64,000 nt of DNA from Candidatus Levyibacteriota bacterium (GTDB taxonomy: Bacteria > Patescibacteriota > Microgenomatia > Levybacterales > UBA12049): contig DAIDHK010000002.1 in the NCBI GenBank assembly GCA_027459725.1, forward strand, positions 105,866 through 169,865, written 5' to 3'. The position numbers were made by a program, and so were the translations under genes. How positions within the stretch are numbered: the stretch's first letter is position 1; each line of letters starts with the position of its first letter. The notes beneath the pieces are model-generated. The model had not been told where the DNA came from. It worked only from the letters and a program-made list of their open reading frames with translations, and did no database searches. This document shows, piece after piece, positions 10,901-20,543 of the stretch.

Positions 10901-11435
10901 CTATTGCACGTATAATTATATAAAGTGTTAAAGGGTAAAGGGCATAGAAGAATAAATAAGGGGTTTGAAACCTATTTAATATCAGTACCATTGTCACCTG
11001 ATTAAAAAGATAAAAAAATGATGCTGTTATACTTAAAAATAATCTATTGGATTGATTATATTTCGCGAATACATGTTGTGCCAGATGGTAAATAGACAAA
11101 AATCCCGTCAATAACAGAATAAAGAAAGTACTTGCCTCTATAATCACGCTGGGAATGTAAAGATTATGAACAATAAATATAGTTAATATAAATGGCAAAC
11201 TAGTTTGTGTAATACCAGTGCCCGAAAAACCAATTGTACTAGGAAACCATGATTGTCCAAATAAATTTATAAGAGTCTTATAGTCTCCAAATTGTATCCC
11301 TCCTTCCCCAGACGCCATTATATACCCAGAATGAAACCATATAGTTATTAAAATAAATATTAAAAAAAAGCTTAAAATAAAGCTGGTCACATTGGGATGT
11401 TCTTTATAAAATTTAATAAATTCTGGAGCTAACAT
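7914..11435 (-). CDS. Giant (1173 aa) GT-C-like membrane protein: ~430-aa multi-TM N-domain plus ~700-aa extracytoplasmic domain
   Basis: Long ORF. The N-terminus is rich in TM helices. The C-terminal ~700 aa is hydrophilic, rich in N/Y/S/T, and ends in a single TM (FILSSVLILYIINKI). Confidence 0.6.
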   Translation of the reverse strand: MLAPEFIKFYKEHPNVTSFILSFFLIFILITIWFHSGYIMASGEGGIQFGDYKTLINLFGQSWFPSTIGFSGTGITQTSLPFILTIFIVHNLYIPSVIIEASTFFILLLTGFLSIYHLAQHVFAKYNQSNRLFLSITASFFYLFNQVTMVLILNRFQTPYLFFYALYPLTLYIIIRAIEAKKLIYSVILVLSGFLLAMAYASMPEIINYWGIIFAFSGYYYLFEERNRQTLFFILKFLIVSMVMWICVNSWWLISLLVVIPNSPYLTQTAYNSSNDYYTLSALSSSLGNLSFVFRLMHHDFYIWMEGVWNYYYQSWPIIILTFIPPLIVFGSLLIKRKSHYYYFFLLASLFTIFAAKGIADPFGGIFLFLFTHFRIMEGFRNPFEKIMLILPTFYSILFAFGLFGLFYFIKRNYSSIKAILLVIIICIICFVILCIPIWTGGVFEGYIPPSNNPRIGYKVKVPSYYSTASKWLNSQKPDDFRVIALPLGGEGITYDWKYGYRGVELSNGIFDQSFISYCTSIQYLCGLTKDIEPLTSLYPDDLWKILPPLDVRYIMLRRDTNYKSDQMQNPQDIEKELNAANYIKKVSQFGLLTFYQGNPQYSTPKIFAANQGIISLGPESFITSVPLADYKKNDLYFTHPASFTQVSNQSHQIILQAVKYTPSNLSINKTNVISQLPYVSNLPGQPMYFFTRAKESFIDFIQGNSDFANKIDESDKRVVEVYKLLKGNNVALSDKAIQDYNLSLKYINQNLASVNQNNYEEDLLRQKYVMSDIVEMIKLYNDKKPIYQSTYDLLNNMLKKLSIEPYMPVDLKKFEAYDVSVPQSGKYTLYISSKRYVNYYNSDLFTGNIDNKVPFQVNMSSTQFTTIGMFNINKGEHQINLQKLLGINLINQRNLIISTVKNNSGKGMLDKIYTVKVKKLDSYGNYDLSFDYKVDSGNPFQLSFVEDTDLTENNKLIPHYSLNLNYTGNKNHWYHYETQISPRHISHSGKIEFYVYPGNNCNNSRDILSVKLCANKAYSKEYDIPSVIEVKNLSFRRTDLGDIFLVKNDAISVPLIKPQVTYTEQNPARYFIHIKNAKTPYYLAFLEAYDSLWHLYYIKGNTKIPVSDSNHLLVNSYANAWKIDKTGNYMLMLEFYPQEYFEFGIKVSELSLFILSSVLILYIINKIYRKNR

Positions 11436-11599
11436 ATTAATAAACTGTACTACCTAATCTGATATTGGTAGTTTACTCTTCTTGTGATAGTTGAAATACA
11501 AACCCATTAGAATTTTGTTATATGTATGCCATTTGGTGAATAGTGATACTCAATTTGTATTCACAATATAATTTTTAATGAAACTAAATATATAAAATA

Positions 11600-12262
11600 T
11601 TAATCTCTAATATCTTTCATTGCAAACATATATATTGCATTTTCGGGTTTATACATTAATAATGGTTGAAATAACATTGATATCAAAAAAAGTATGTTAG
11701 AAAATATACCATATTTAACCACAACATTTTCTTCCTTATATAGAACTCTAAGTCCTTGACCAGTTACCATATATCCCTTTTCTCGTAGGTCTTTAGGATA
11801 CCATTGTGATTTATGTGCCTGATGTTGATTCCCATCATATTCTTCCTGATGCAGATATCCAATTGGCATTGCTAAAACTACTCTTTTTTTTGCAATTTTT
11901 TCCAGCTTCCTTATTAAGTCATCTCCCTCTTTCTTAGTTAAATGCTCTATAACATGAAAACAAATCACTACATCGAAAGATTTTTCTTTAAAGGGTAATT
12001 TCCTAATATCTGAATTAATCAACTTTGTATAGACATTTTTTAATTTACATTCCTTAAGATATGGATCGTAAATGTCTACACCTGTAGCTGTATATAACTT
12101 TTTATAGTTTATGATTTCCATGGGTAATCCGGTTCCACACCCAACATCTAGAATTGTCTTGAAATTGTTACCTACCATAGATCTGAGGATACCATTATAT
12201 GTAAGAGGAAAATACGATAAAAATAATTCCCATTTTCCAATCTTTTTATTAAACATGCCCAT
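11600..12262 (-). CDS. Class I SAM-dependent methyltransferase
   Basis: ILDVGCGTGLP motif I and VIEHLTKKE. Confidence 0.8.
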   Translation of the reverse strand: MGMFNKKIGKWELFLSYFPLTYNGILRSMVGNNFKTILDVGCGTGLPMEIINYKKLYTATGVDIYDPYLKECKLKNVYTKLINSDIRKLPFKEKSFDVVICFHVIEHLTKKEGDDLIRKLEKIAKKRVVLAMPIGYLHQEEYDGNQHQAHKSQWYPKDLREKGYMVTGQGLRVLYKEENVVVKYGIFSNILFLISMLFQPLLMYKPENAIYMFAMKDIRD

Positions 12263-12265
12263 AAG

Positions 12266-13306
12266 TTAGATTAATTTCGTATGAATATAGTAATTATTAT
12301 ATATATACAGTAACGATTTGCGCATTAAAATTATATCAAATAGCTGTTTATCATTGTATACACGATTTCTATTTATTAAACTTCTTTTATGAAGAATAGA
12401 TGGAAAATACAAAAATACCCATACAACTCCTTTTAGAGTTCCCGCAAGTGCAGATAATTTGTGTCTTTTTATTAATACTATAAATGATCTAGCAAATGAT
12501 ATTGTTAAACTATAAAAAAAGTAATAAATAGCATTATTCAGTTCATAATTTTTAGAGATGCTTATTAACGAATTTTTTGTTAAGTGAAAATAAATAACTT
12601 CTTCGTTGTGTTTCATATTTTCTCTCATATTTACTGATTTAGTCCAATGATAAACCACAGCTTTTGGAGCTCTTACAACTCGGTATCCTGCAATCCAGAT
12701 TCGCCAACAGAAGTCCAAATCCTCGGTCACAACTGCTTCCATTTCATCAAATCCATCTATCTTCTCAAAAATCTTTTTCTTAACAGCCAACGCAGCTGAA
12801 ATACCTACTATATCATCCTCAAAATCATATTGTCCTTTATCAATCTCCCATTGGCCAATTGGTAAACCCCATGCTGTAGCTGCCCACAACTTAACACCAA
12901 TATTCTGAAACTTATTCCTCATTTTAAAATCTAACAGTTTTGCCTGACAGGCTCCAACTCTCTCATTTGAACGTAATACTTTAATCATCTGATTTAACCA
13001 GAATTTATCTACCTCTGTATCATTATCAAGAAAAATTAATAAATCTCCACTGGCATATCTTACTGCCTTATTTCGACTTGCAGCTGCGCCTATATTTCGT
13101 TCATTTTCAATTAAATTAATTCTTTTATCTATTGCACAATATTTTTTTATGATTGTGATACTATCATCATCGGAACCATCGTCTACTAAAATTAATTCGT
13201 AATTTTTGTAATCTGAAGCTAAAACTGATTTTAAACATTTTGAAAGATATTTTTCTCCATTATAATTGGCAATAATAATAGAAACTGTTTGCTTTTTTCT
13301 ACTCAT
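12266..13306 (-). CDS. GT2-family glycosyltransferase
   Basis: VSIIIANYNGEKYL, LVDDGSDDDS and FLDNDTE. Confidence 0.8.
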   Translation of the reverse strand: MSRKKQTVSIIIANYNGEKYLSKCLKSVLASDYKNYELILVDDGSDDDSITIIKKYCAIDKRINLIENERNIGAAASRNKAVRYASGDLLIFLDNDTEVDKFWLNQMIKVLRSNERVGACQAKLLDFKMRNKFQNIGVKLWAATAWGLPIGQWEIDKGQYDFEDDIVGISAALAVKKKIFEKIDGFDEMEAVVTEDLDFCWRIWIAGYRVVRAPKAVVYHWTKSVNMRENMKHNEEVIYFHLTKNSLISISKNYELNNAIYYFFYSLTISFARSFIVLIKRHKLSALAGTLKGVVWVFLYFPSILHKRSLINRNRVYNDKQLFDIILMRKSLLYIYNNYYIHTKLI

Positions 13307-13923
13307 ATAGATTTAACAGCTATCAAGTATGCACTTATACTAGGATAATAATATTGAAATGGAGCAAGAATATATGAGAGTGTAAACCATATGGGATTTA
13401 ATTTAGGTAATTTGTGTGCCAAACCCCATGGTTTATATATAATTCCAGTTCCTTGTCCACATACTTTATAATGAAAACTCTTGAATTCATCCACTTCCCA
13501 TCCACATTTATGTACCTGAAGTGGATTATTATCTCTACCTTGAAGTGGATGATATGGGAAATAACCATTTGTGGTTCCAATTATGACTTTTTTTATAGCC
13601 AGTGATTCCATTACTTTTATAAGTTTTAATGCCTCTTTTTTTGTTAAGTGCTCTACCACCTGAGATGACAAAACTACATCGTATTTATTTCCTTGTTTTT
13701 GGAGATTCCTGACATCCCCAAGCATTACCTTTTTATAGACTCCAGTTTTTTTTGCCAAATTTAAATAGGGTTTATAAAGATCAATTCCAGTCACATCGTA
13801 TTTTTTATCGAAATTAATAGTTGCCATTGTAACTCCATCACCACATCCCACATCAAGAATAGTTTTAGCATTAGCGAGTTCTTTTCGTATAATCCAACTA
13901 TATGAAAAAGGTATAATATTCAT
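13303..13923 (-). CDS. Class I SAM-dependent methyltransferase (paralog of 11600..12262)
   Basis: ILDVGCGDGV and VVEHLTKKEA, collinear with the 220-aa MTase. Confidence 0.8.
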   Translation of the reverse strand: MNIIPFSYSWIIRKELANAKTILDVGCGDGVTMATINFDKKYDVTGIDLYKPYLNLAKKTGVYKKVMLGDVRNLQKQGNKYDVVLSSQVVEHLTKKEALKLIKVMESLAIKKVIIGTTNGYFPYHPLQGRDNNPLQVHKCGWEVDEFKSFHYKVCGQGTGIIYKPWGLAHKLPKLNPIWFTLSYILAPFQYYYPSISAYLIAVKSI

Positions 13924-13925
13924 TA

Positions 13926-14807
13926 TTATGTAGCTTTAAATCCATTTATGACTCCCTTAGAATAATTAATGATTGCACATGGAGTCTTATATTTTATTGC
14001 TAGCATTATATAATAGAAAAAATATAATGGAATAAATAAAAGAAATATTACAAATGATTGAGCGTACCTGCTCATAAAAATAATTCTATTTCTTCCAACC
14101 CAATATGCTCTATTTAAAAGTCGCTTATTGGCTAAATCTTCATCATAGGGAATATGATGATATGCAATAGCCTTGGGTGTATAAAAGGTGATAAATCCAT
14201 ACTTTTTTGCCTTAAAACAAAAATCTGTATCCTCATAGGTTGCAAAGTATATTTCATCAAAACCATCTATTTTTTTCAGTGTTTCTTTTTTAACCAAAAG
14301 AACAGCTGGAGCTACAGAAACCTGTCTCTCAATTTCATATTGGCCAGTATCTTTGCCACCATAAAATATAGTCTTACCAGTCCATAAGTTAACATCAGTT
14401 CCTGCTGACCATATAATATTCTTCTTATCCCAAAAATAAATCTTAGGGGTTACTATACCAATTTTGCTACTTGATTCAAGGCATTTTACCATTATCTCAA
14501 CCATATCTTTGTTAGCAACCATATCATGATCGAAAAAAAGTATGTAATCTCCTTTCACATACTTGATTCCTGTGTTTCTACCCCCTGTGACACCTTCATT
14601 TATATTATTCTTTATAAGATTCACTTTTTTAATTAATGATCTATGGATATAACTCATTACTGCCTTATCGGTTCCATCTGTTGATGCATTATCTACAATT
14701 ATAATTTCATGTACTGGATATGTTTGATTGAGAAGAGAAACAATCCCTTCTATTAGATATTTTTTTTGATTATAAGTTGGAATAATAACAGAAACTTTCT
14801 TATTCAT
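13926..14807 (-). CDS. GT2-family glycosyltransferase
   Basis: VSVIIPTYNQKKYL, IVDNASTDGT and FFDHDMV. Confidence 0.8.
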   Translation of the reverse strand: MNKKVSVIIPTYNQKKYLIEGIVSLLNQTYPVHEIIIVDNASTDGTDKAVMSYIHRSLIKKVNLIKNNINEGVTGGRNTGIKYVKGDYILFFDHDMVANKDMVEIMVKCLESSSKIGIVTPKIYFWDKKNIIWSAGTDVNLWTGKTIFYGGKDTGQYEIERQVSVAPAVLLVKKETLKKIDGFDEIYFATYEDTDFCFKAKKYGFITFYTPKAIAYHHIPYDEDLANKRLLNRAYWVGRNRIIFMSRYAQSFVIFLLFIPLYFFYYIMLAIKYKTPCAIINYSKGVINGFKAT

Positions 14808-15999
14808 AGAGTATTTGTAAAGCTACTTTCGCTCGTTTTTCCCAATCCCAATAGTCATTAATTAATTTTAATGCTTTTTTCTTCTCAGAAATATATAGTT
14901 TTTTTTGAGACAATAAGCGTATAACAATTAGAGCAAATTCTTTGTTGTTATGCAATGGAGATTTAAGCATGCCGATAGGATAGTATGTCTTAAGTGCTTC
15001 TAAATCGAAAGATACTCCTGGAAGTCCCCATGCCATAGCCTCTGCAGCTGCCATTCCTCCACTATCATAAATAGCTGGATGCACCACGATCCTACTTTTT
15101 GCAAAAATACTATATTTTTTAATACCATCTAAAAGGTATCCTGTAAGTATGATATTTTTTTCTAACCCGTATTTTTGTATTTTTTCTTTTACATATTCCA
15201 TAAGGGATCCATCACCAATCATAATAAGTTTTGCATTTGGTATACTCTTAACTACTATTTTCCAAATATCTATAATTTCAAGTACACCCTTTTGAGGGTG
15301 GAATCTGCCCATAAATACTGCGTCATATTCTTTTGCTACTCTTCCGATTTGATTTTGGAACTTAGCCACAATTTGCAAGTCTACACCACCTTTAATAACG
15401 ATAACTTTACTTTTTTTATGTTGATTTGGAAAACGTTTAACATCTGGTTCAGATGTAACGAATATTGTTTGAGAAAAAAAACGTAGTATCCAATATATCG
15501 GAAGTTGCATCAACCAATATATTATACCTTTTGCTGAGGGTAAACACCATTTTCCACCTTCGTTATATCCTTTAAATGGATTTGGTGCAGCTAAATAAAA
15601 TGTCCCCGCCCATATTACATTTGCATATCGTATTTTAAGAATTAACGATGGGATAACATCCATCCAGAAATCAGAAGCGCTATAGATAACACACTTTGAC
15701 GAGTTAGAAAGGGAATATGACAATGACCATAATATACCCTCCCAAACTCTAACAAAATATGAAAATGCCAATGATGACGTGTCTAATAAATCAAGATGTA
15801 AATTTACATATTTAAGATATGGTGAAGTGTTGAGATGAGTTCTATTACACATTCTAGCACCAGCTTTCCATGTAACTATATCAGTATGAATTTTCTGCAT
15901 AGCAGCATATCTAGCAAGCTCAATAAAAATTCTATCACCTCCTGATAAACCATCTCCTACAGGAGATATAGCAATTATTAATAACTTCTTATTGTTCAT
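14800..15999 (-). CDS. GT4-type (GT-B) glycosyltransferase
   Basis: 399 aa. The C-terminal half carries a GT-B nucleotide-sugar binding-like region (FMGRFHPQKGV...IMIGDGS...). Confidence 0.65.
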   Translation of the reverse strand: MNNKKLLIIAISPVGDGLSGGDRIFIELARYAAMQKIHTDIVTWKAGARMCNRTHLNTSPYLKYVNLHLDLLDTSSLAFSYFVRVWEGILWSLSYSLSNSSKCVIYSASDFWMDVIPSLILKIRYANVIWAGTFYLAAPNPFKGYNEGGKWCLPSAKGIIYWLMQLPIYWILRFFSQTIFVTSEPDVKRFPNQHKKSKVIVIKGGVDLQIVAKFQNQIGRVAKEYDAVFMGRFHPQKGVLEIIDIWKIVVKSIPNAKLIMIGDGSLMEYVKEKIQKYGLEKNIILTGYLLDGIKKYSIFAKSRIVVHPAIYDSGGMAAAEAMAWGLPGVSFDLEALKTYYPIGMLKSPLHNNKEFALIVIRLLSQKKLYISEKKKALKLINDYWDWEKRAKVALQILYE

Positions 16000-17743
16000 G
16001 TAATTTAACTTTATGTAAAATCCTGTTCTTATCGTCTATAAATGTATCATTTGACAGTAGCCTTAAATAAATAATTTTATTTTTGTCTGCTTTTTTAATT
16101 TTGTGAGTATATAACTTTAAACTTTTTCCATTAGAAATCGCAGAACCTAACTGATCTAAGTTAAGAATAATAAAGGGTAAATTATTTGTATCTGATATTC
16201 CATATGATAATCCCATATAAAATGGAAATCCGAATGTGTAAACAGATGAATTAAGCCCGGTATTATCTGTAATATAGAAAATTGTAGGATAATCTTTAGG
16301 AAGTTTTGGGATTATTTTGTGTAACGATGTAAAGATAATTGCTTGCCTTTGCTCACTACGAAATTGCAACTGTCCCCTAAAATAAATAGTATCACTAATA
16401 ATATTAGTAAATACTACAACAACTAAAAACCCAATTACAAACAATTTCAAATGTCTATTTCTCATAAGTATTGATACTATCACTATCCCAGAACTAATCA
16501 CTCCCAATACTGGAAAATATAAATATCTGTGATCAGAAGTAAAAACAGCAGTAGGATCAAAAATCCATGGCAATAGATAGTATGGCAAACTAAAGCAAAT
16601 AATAAATAAAAAAAGTATCAATATTAGTAATTTGTTTTTTTTATATAATACATAATAGACAATATTAACTACTATCCAAAGTCCGAATGCCGTAGATAAT
16701 CTTTCTTTTGAATTTGTTAAGTTAAAAAAGTATTGTACTAGTGGAATAACTGATATATTAACAAAACTCCATATTATAATATTTTTCATTGTTACTTTGT
16801 TCCATAATCCATAACCAAGACCTAATATTAAAATTATTAAAATATAGTATATTATGTGCAATTGTAAAATCATAGGAAAATATTTATGAATTTTAGAAAA
16901 TAACATATCAGGAAACAGAATATTGCCCAGATCAATGAAAGGAACATAAATGAAAGAATAGTTATGGTGTAATATAAGAGAGTAGCCGATCTTAATACCG
17001 TTTTGTATATAAGATAATACATCAGTTGTAGGACCTAAACTCCCCAATAATTTGGCAGTAATATAAATAAAAATTGATCCAATCAATTGAATTAAAGCAA
17101 GCTTTCTTTTAGTCTCTTTTTGCCAAATTATTTTAATAAAAGACAATATAACCAAGGTAAAGAAAAACCCATAGCTTCTTACAGGAATTATAAAAATAAA
17201 CAACGCATAAAATAGAAATATATATAGCTGATTTTTAAAAGTCGGTTTATCTTCTATTAAAAGTAGATAATAAAATGCTAAACCCAAAAATATAATTGCC
17301 AAGTAAGTATTCATATAGAATACCCAATCTGTCACCTGTATTCCTATAGGAGTTGTCGCGATAATTATTGTTCCAGCCCATCCCAAGAATGTAGATTTAG
17401 TAAGTTTACTTAGAGGGAAATAAAACGAAACTGAGCCAATAATTCTTAATATTAAAGAGGTAAGGAAATACCCAACTGGATTATAACCCCAAAAGAGTCT
17501 GATAAAATAAAGTATAGGATACTGAAAATTGTATGGACCCAAATAAGACCAAATCGAGAAATATGACATCTTATATCCAGTATCAAACATGTAACGAAGC
17601 ACATATAATCTCAGCCAATCATCTCCATATAAAGATAATTTCAGACTCAAACCATAACCAAATGAAGTTAATAACACAGTTAGAATAAAGCCAATAATGA
17701 ATACATGTGACTTAAAATAAGATCTTATATTCTTTTTTTTCAT
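15989..17743 (-). CDS. Polytopic membrane protein, GT-C-like (ArnT/GT39-like?)
   Basis: 584 aa with >12 hydrophobic segments. N-terminal loop LYGDDWLRLY. Confidence 0.5.
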   Translation of the reverse strand: MKKKNIRSYFKSHVFIIGFILTVLLTSFGYGLSLKLSLYGDDWLRLYVLRYMFDTGYKMSYFSIWSYLGPYNFQYPILYFIRLFWGYNPVGYFLTSLILRIIGSVSFYFPLSKLTKSTFLGWAGTIIIATTPIGIQVTDWVFYMNTYLAIIFLGLAFYYLLLIEDKPTFKNQLYIFLFYALFIFIIPVRSYGFFFTLVILSFIKIIWQKETKRKLALIQLIGSIFIYITAKLLGSLGPTTDVLSYIQNGIKIGYSLILHHNYSFIYVPFIDLGNILFPDMLFSKIHKYFPMILQLHIIYYILIILILGLGYGLWNKVTMKNIIIWSFVNISVIPLVQYFFNLTNSKERLSTAFGLWIVVNIVYYVLYKKNKLLILILFLFIICFSLPYYLLPWIFDPTAVFTSDHRYLYFPVLGVISSGIVIVSILMRNRHLKLFVIGFLVVVVFTNIISDTIYFRGQLQFRSEQRQAIIFTSLHKIIPKLPKDYPTIFYITDNTGLNSSVYTFGFPFYMGLSYGISDTNNLPFIILNLDQLGSAISNGKSLKLYTHKIKKADKNKIIYLRLLSNDTFIDDKNRILHKVKLHEQ

Positions 17744-17753
17744 TTCTTGAGAA

Positions 17754-18587
17754 CTAATTATGATTTGTCTTTCTTGATTTGATAAAAACGGATACTGAGG
17801 ATTTGTCTATTACTCCATCGTTTAATTTGTCTATTATATTAACTACTTTGAATGCTACACTAACTGATGTAATTTTTTTCTTCTTAGGTGCCACGTTAAA
17901 TTTACTCACTTCTTTTGCTAATGACGGATTCATTGAGCCTCCATACAGCATCCTAGCTGCAAAATTTAAGAGATGATGATTGAAAGGTAAAGAATAGTGA
18001 GTAACATTTTCACTTTTTTCGATTTTAAATCCTGCTTTTTTTATTTTTGATATAATTTCATCTGGATAGTATAGGCGTATATGCTGATTCCATAAGCCCG
18101 CCCAAAAACCTGACTTAATATGCTTACCGGTTGTTAGCTCTAACACTTTATTTACTGGATCCCATAGAAATGGATAATTATGATTAGGAACTGTCACTAC
18201 TAAAATTCCCCCTGGCTTGAGTACTCTATAAATCTCTTTTAATCCTTTCAGGTCATCAGGCAAGTGTTCTGCAACTTCTGTCAAAATAACTTTATTAAAT
18301 GAATTTGATTTAAAAGGTAGGTCCATTACACTACCGTGAAATATTGTTATTCCTGTTATCCCTGAAAGGTTATTTTTTGCAGAAGCCAGAGCATTTTTGT
18401 CAAAATCAATACCTGTTAATTTAAATTTGCCAAGTTCTGAAAGCAGATGTAAATAAAATCCATCTCCACAACCAGCGTCTAATATAGAATCTCCGCTCTT
18501 AAGCTCTAATTCTTCAATTATTCTTCTAGCCCTCCTTTTTAACGCCATGTCTCCTACATTTTCTAAAAGTAAATGTAATTTATTCAT
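17754..18587 (-). CDS. Class I SAM-dependent methyltransferase
   Basis: LDAGCGDGFY and GGILVVTVPN. Confidence 0.75.
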   Translation of the reverse strand: MNKLHLLLENVGDMALKRRARRIIEELELKSGDSILDAGCGDGFYLHLLSELGKFKLTGIDFDKNALASAKNNLSGITGITIFHGSVMDLPFKSNSFNKVILTEVAEHLPDDLKGLKEIYRVLKPGGILVVTVPNHNYPFLWDPVNKVLELTTGKHIKSGFWAGLWNQHIRLYYPDEIISKIKKAGFKIEKSENVTHYSLPFNHHLLNFAARMLYGGSMNPSLAKEVSKFNVAPKKKKITSVSVAFKVVNIIDKLNDGVIDKSSVSVFIKSRKTNHN

Positions 18588-19716
18588 TATAACTATTTAA
18601 AATTACCTCAATATTTTGTTTAGAATATCTTTTATTTGCATATAATTTTGCTTTTTTTGATTTATCCTCCAATTCTATCCTATGTGTATAGCAATACTCA
18701 AGTGTTTTTCTAATATTTCCTGGTGTTATATCAATAAAGTATCCAACATCTTGATTCATTGCCTCAAGAATACCCCCTCTTTTTGCGGCAATTACGGGCG
18801 TAGCACAAGAAAATGATTCGAGGATTACTCTACCAAATCCCTCTTCATGTAGAGAGGGAACAACAAGAACATCAGCAGCTGAGTAGTACAACGGTAAGTT
18901 TTCTTGGCTAACTTTTCCAATGTAGTTAACTCTCTCTTTATACTCATAACGCTTTACATCATCTTCTAAAGGTCCTGTACCTATGATTAATAACAATATT
19001 TTAGAGTTCCAAATTTTCGCTGCTTGTAATAGAGGAACAATTCCTTTTTCCTTAACTAGTCTACCTACAAAAAGAACAATAAATGTATCATTATAATTTA
19101 ACTTCTCTTTAGCATTAGCAATTTTATGAAATAATGACTGGTTTATCCAGTAAGTAAAAACATGTAATTTAACAGTTGAAATCCCTAACCGTAAAATCTC
19201 ATCTTTAGATTGATTAGAAAGACATAAGACGGCATCAGAGTTCTTGAAGACCCAACTAACAAATTTTGTATATAACCCTTTCTTTGGAAAATTATATATA
19301 CTATGTGTTGATATAATAATTCGTTTATGGAAAATCTTACCCCAAAAAACTCCAATAAAACCTGCAACTAATCCATGCGCATGTATTACTTTAGGATTAC
19401 TAATCAAAATTATAAAAGGCAATACTATAAATAATGGAAGAGATAAATATAAAAATTCTATAAATGGATACTGAATAAGAGAGTAGAAATATCCTTTTAT
19501 CCAAGGAATGCGAAGAATTGATATTCTCCCTCTTAGATTATCATCGCTCTTTATGACTTGCCAAACTTTAGCTGAGGTTAGTGTAGTTAAAGGCTGATAT
19601 GTTAAAACAATAACTTCATATCTTCTAATACTTAATTCGTTAACCAAGTCATTAAGATGTGTCTCTACGCCTCCAATATTTGGTAGATAGTGGCATGTTA
19701 ATTGTAAAATTTTCAT
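18580..19716 (-). CDS. GT4 glycosyltransferase
   Basis: MKILQLTCHYLPNIGGVETH N-terminus and a C-terminal EGFG-containing region (SLHEEGFGRVILES). Confidence 0.75.
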   Translation of the reverse strand: MKILQLTCHYLPNIGGVETHLNDLVNELSIRRYEVIVLTYQPLTTLTSAKVWQVIKSDDNLRGRISILRIPWIKGYFYSLIQYPFIEFLYLSLPLFIVLPFIILISNPKVIHAHGLVAGFIGVFWGKIFHKRIIISTHSIYNFPKKGLYTKFVSWVFKNSDAVLCLSNQSKDEILRLGISTVKLHVFTYWINQSLFHKIANAKEKLNYNDTFIVLFVGRLVKEKGIVPLLQAAKIWNSKILLLIIGTGPLEDDVKRYEYKERVNYIGKVSQENLPLYYSAADVLVVPSLHEEGFGRVILESFSCATPVIAAKRGGILEAMNQDVGYFIDITPGNIRKTLEYCYTHRIELEDKSKKAKLYANKRYSKQNIEVILNSYNE

Positions 19717-20543
19717 TGTTTTTTGATCATACCTAATAGATAACCTATGCCTCCACCTACAGTTTCTCCGGTCAACATTATAACCAGCGCTATTCCAAGT
19801 ATAGGATGCCGTAAAAACCTAGTCCATTGACTATAAAAAACGGGGCGAAGAACATATATTGTCTTTCCACTCAACGGAGAAACAGTATGTTTAGATAAAT
19901 ATCTATGAGCCTTAATTCCATAGTAATATTTTTTTTTGATGATTGAGTACAATGATGGAATATTTTCATAATGATATATCTGTGGCATAACGCGAGCAAT
20001 TCTGTAACCTTTTTTTTGAATCGTTTCAGACAAATCCCAATCCTCAGGTCCTGTTATAGTTTCATCATACCCACCGACTTCTTCAAAAGCTTTACGAGAA
20101 AAAAATCTTGCTGCGTCTGTGCTTTCATCCCCTTTAGCATTATAAAATGATCTTTCAAAGGCTTTTACTTTTTCCCAAAAGGTATTAGCTATTGATACTT
20201 CTGGGATAATAACGCCTCCAATTGTATCAGTTTTTTGTGCGATATTTACACAAGCTTCAATAACATTATTATTTAACTCCATATCTGCATCAATAAAAAC
20301 TAAAAATGTACCTTTTGAATGATGTGCTCCGTAGTTCCTTTGGGCTGAACGTTCAGGACCATAACTATATACCTTCCTTGTAAACTTAGATGCTAAAGAA
20401 AGTGTTCTATCCTTTGAGTTATTGTCTACTAAAATTGTTTCTGTGAACTTGTAGGTTTGGTTTTGAATACTGGCTAAACATCTATCAATATTTTTTTCTT
20501 CGTTCTTAGTAGTTAAAATAACTGATACGAGAGGTTTTTTCAT
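19713..20543 (-). CDS. GT2 glycosyltransferase with C-terminal TM
   Basis: VSVILTTKNEEKNI, LVDNNSKD and FIDADME, plus a hydrophobic C-terminus. Confidence 0.75.
   Translation of the reverse strand: MKKPLVSVILTTKNEEKNIDRCLASIQNQTYKFTETILVDNNSKDRTLSLASKFTRKVYSYGPERSAQRNYGAHHSKGTFLVFIDADMELNNNVIEACVNIAQKTDTIGGVIIPEVSIANTFWEKVKAFERSFYNAKGDESTDAARFFSRKAFEEVGGYDETITGPEDWDLSETIQKKGYRIARVMPQIYHYENIPSLYSIIKKKYYYGIKAHRYLSKHTVSPLSGKTIYVLRPVFYSQWTRFLRHPILGIALVIMLTGETVGGGIGYLLGMIKKQ

Noticed and set aside
7914-11435. Calling the 1173-aa protein AftD (mycobacterial arabinofuranosyltransferase)
   Set aside because: Only the overall architecture (GT-C N-domain plus a large C-domain) is similar. I could recall no AftD-specific motif, and the context is not actinobacterial, so it is kept as a generic GT-C-like protein.
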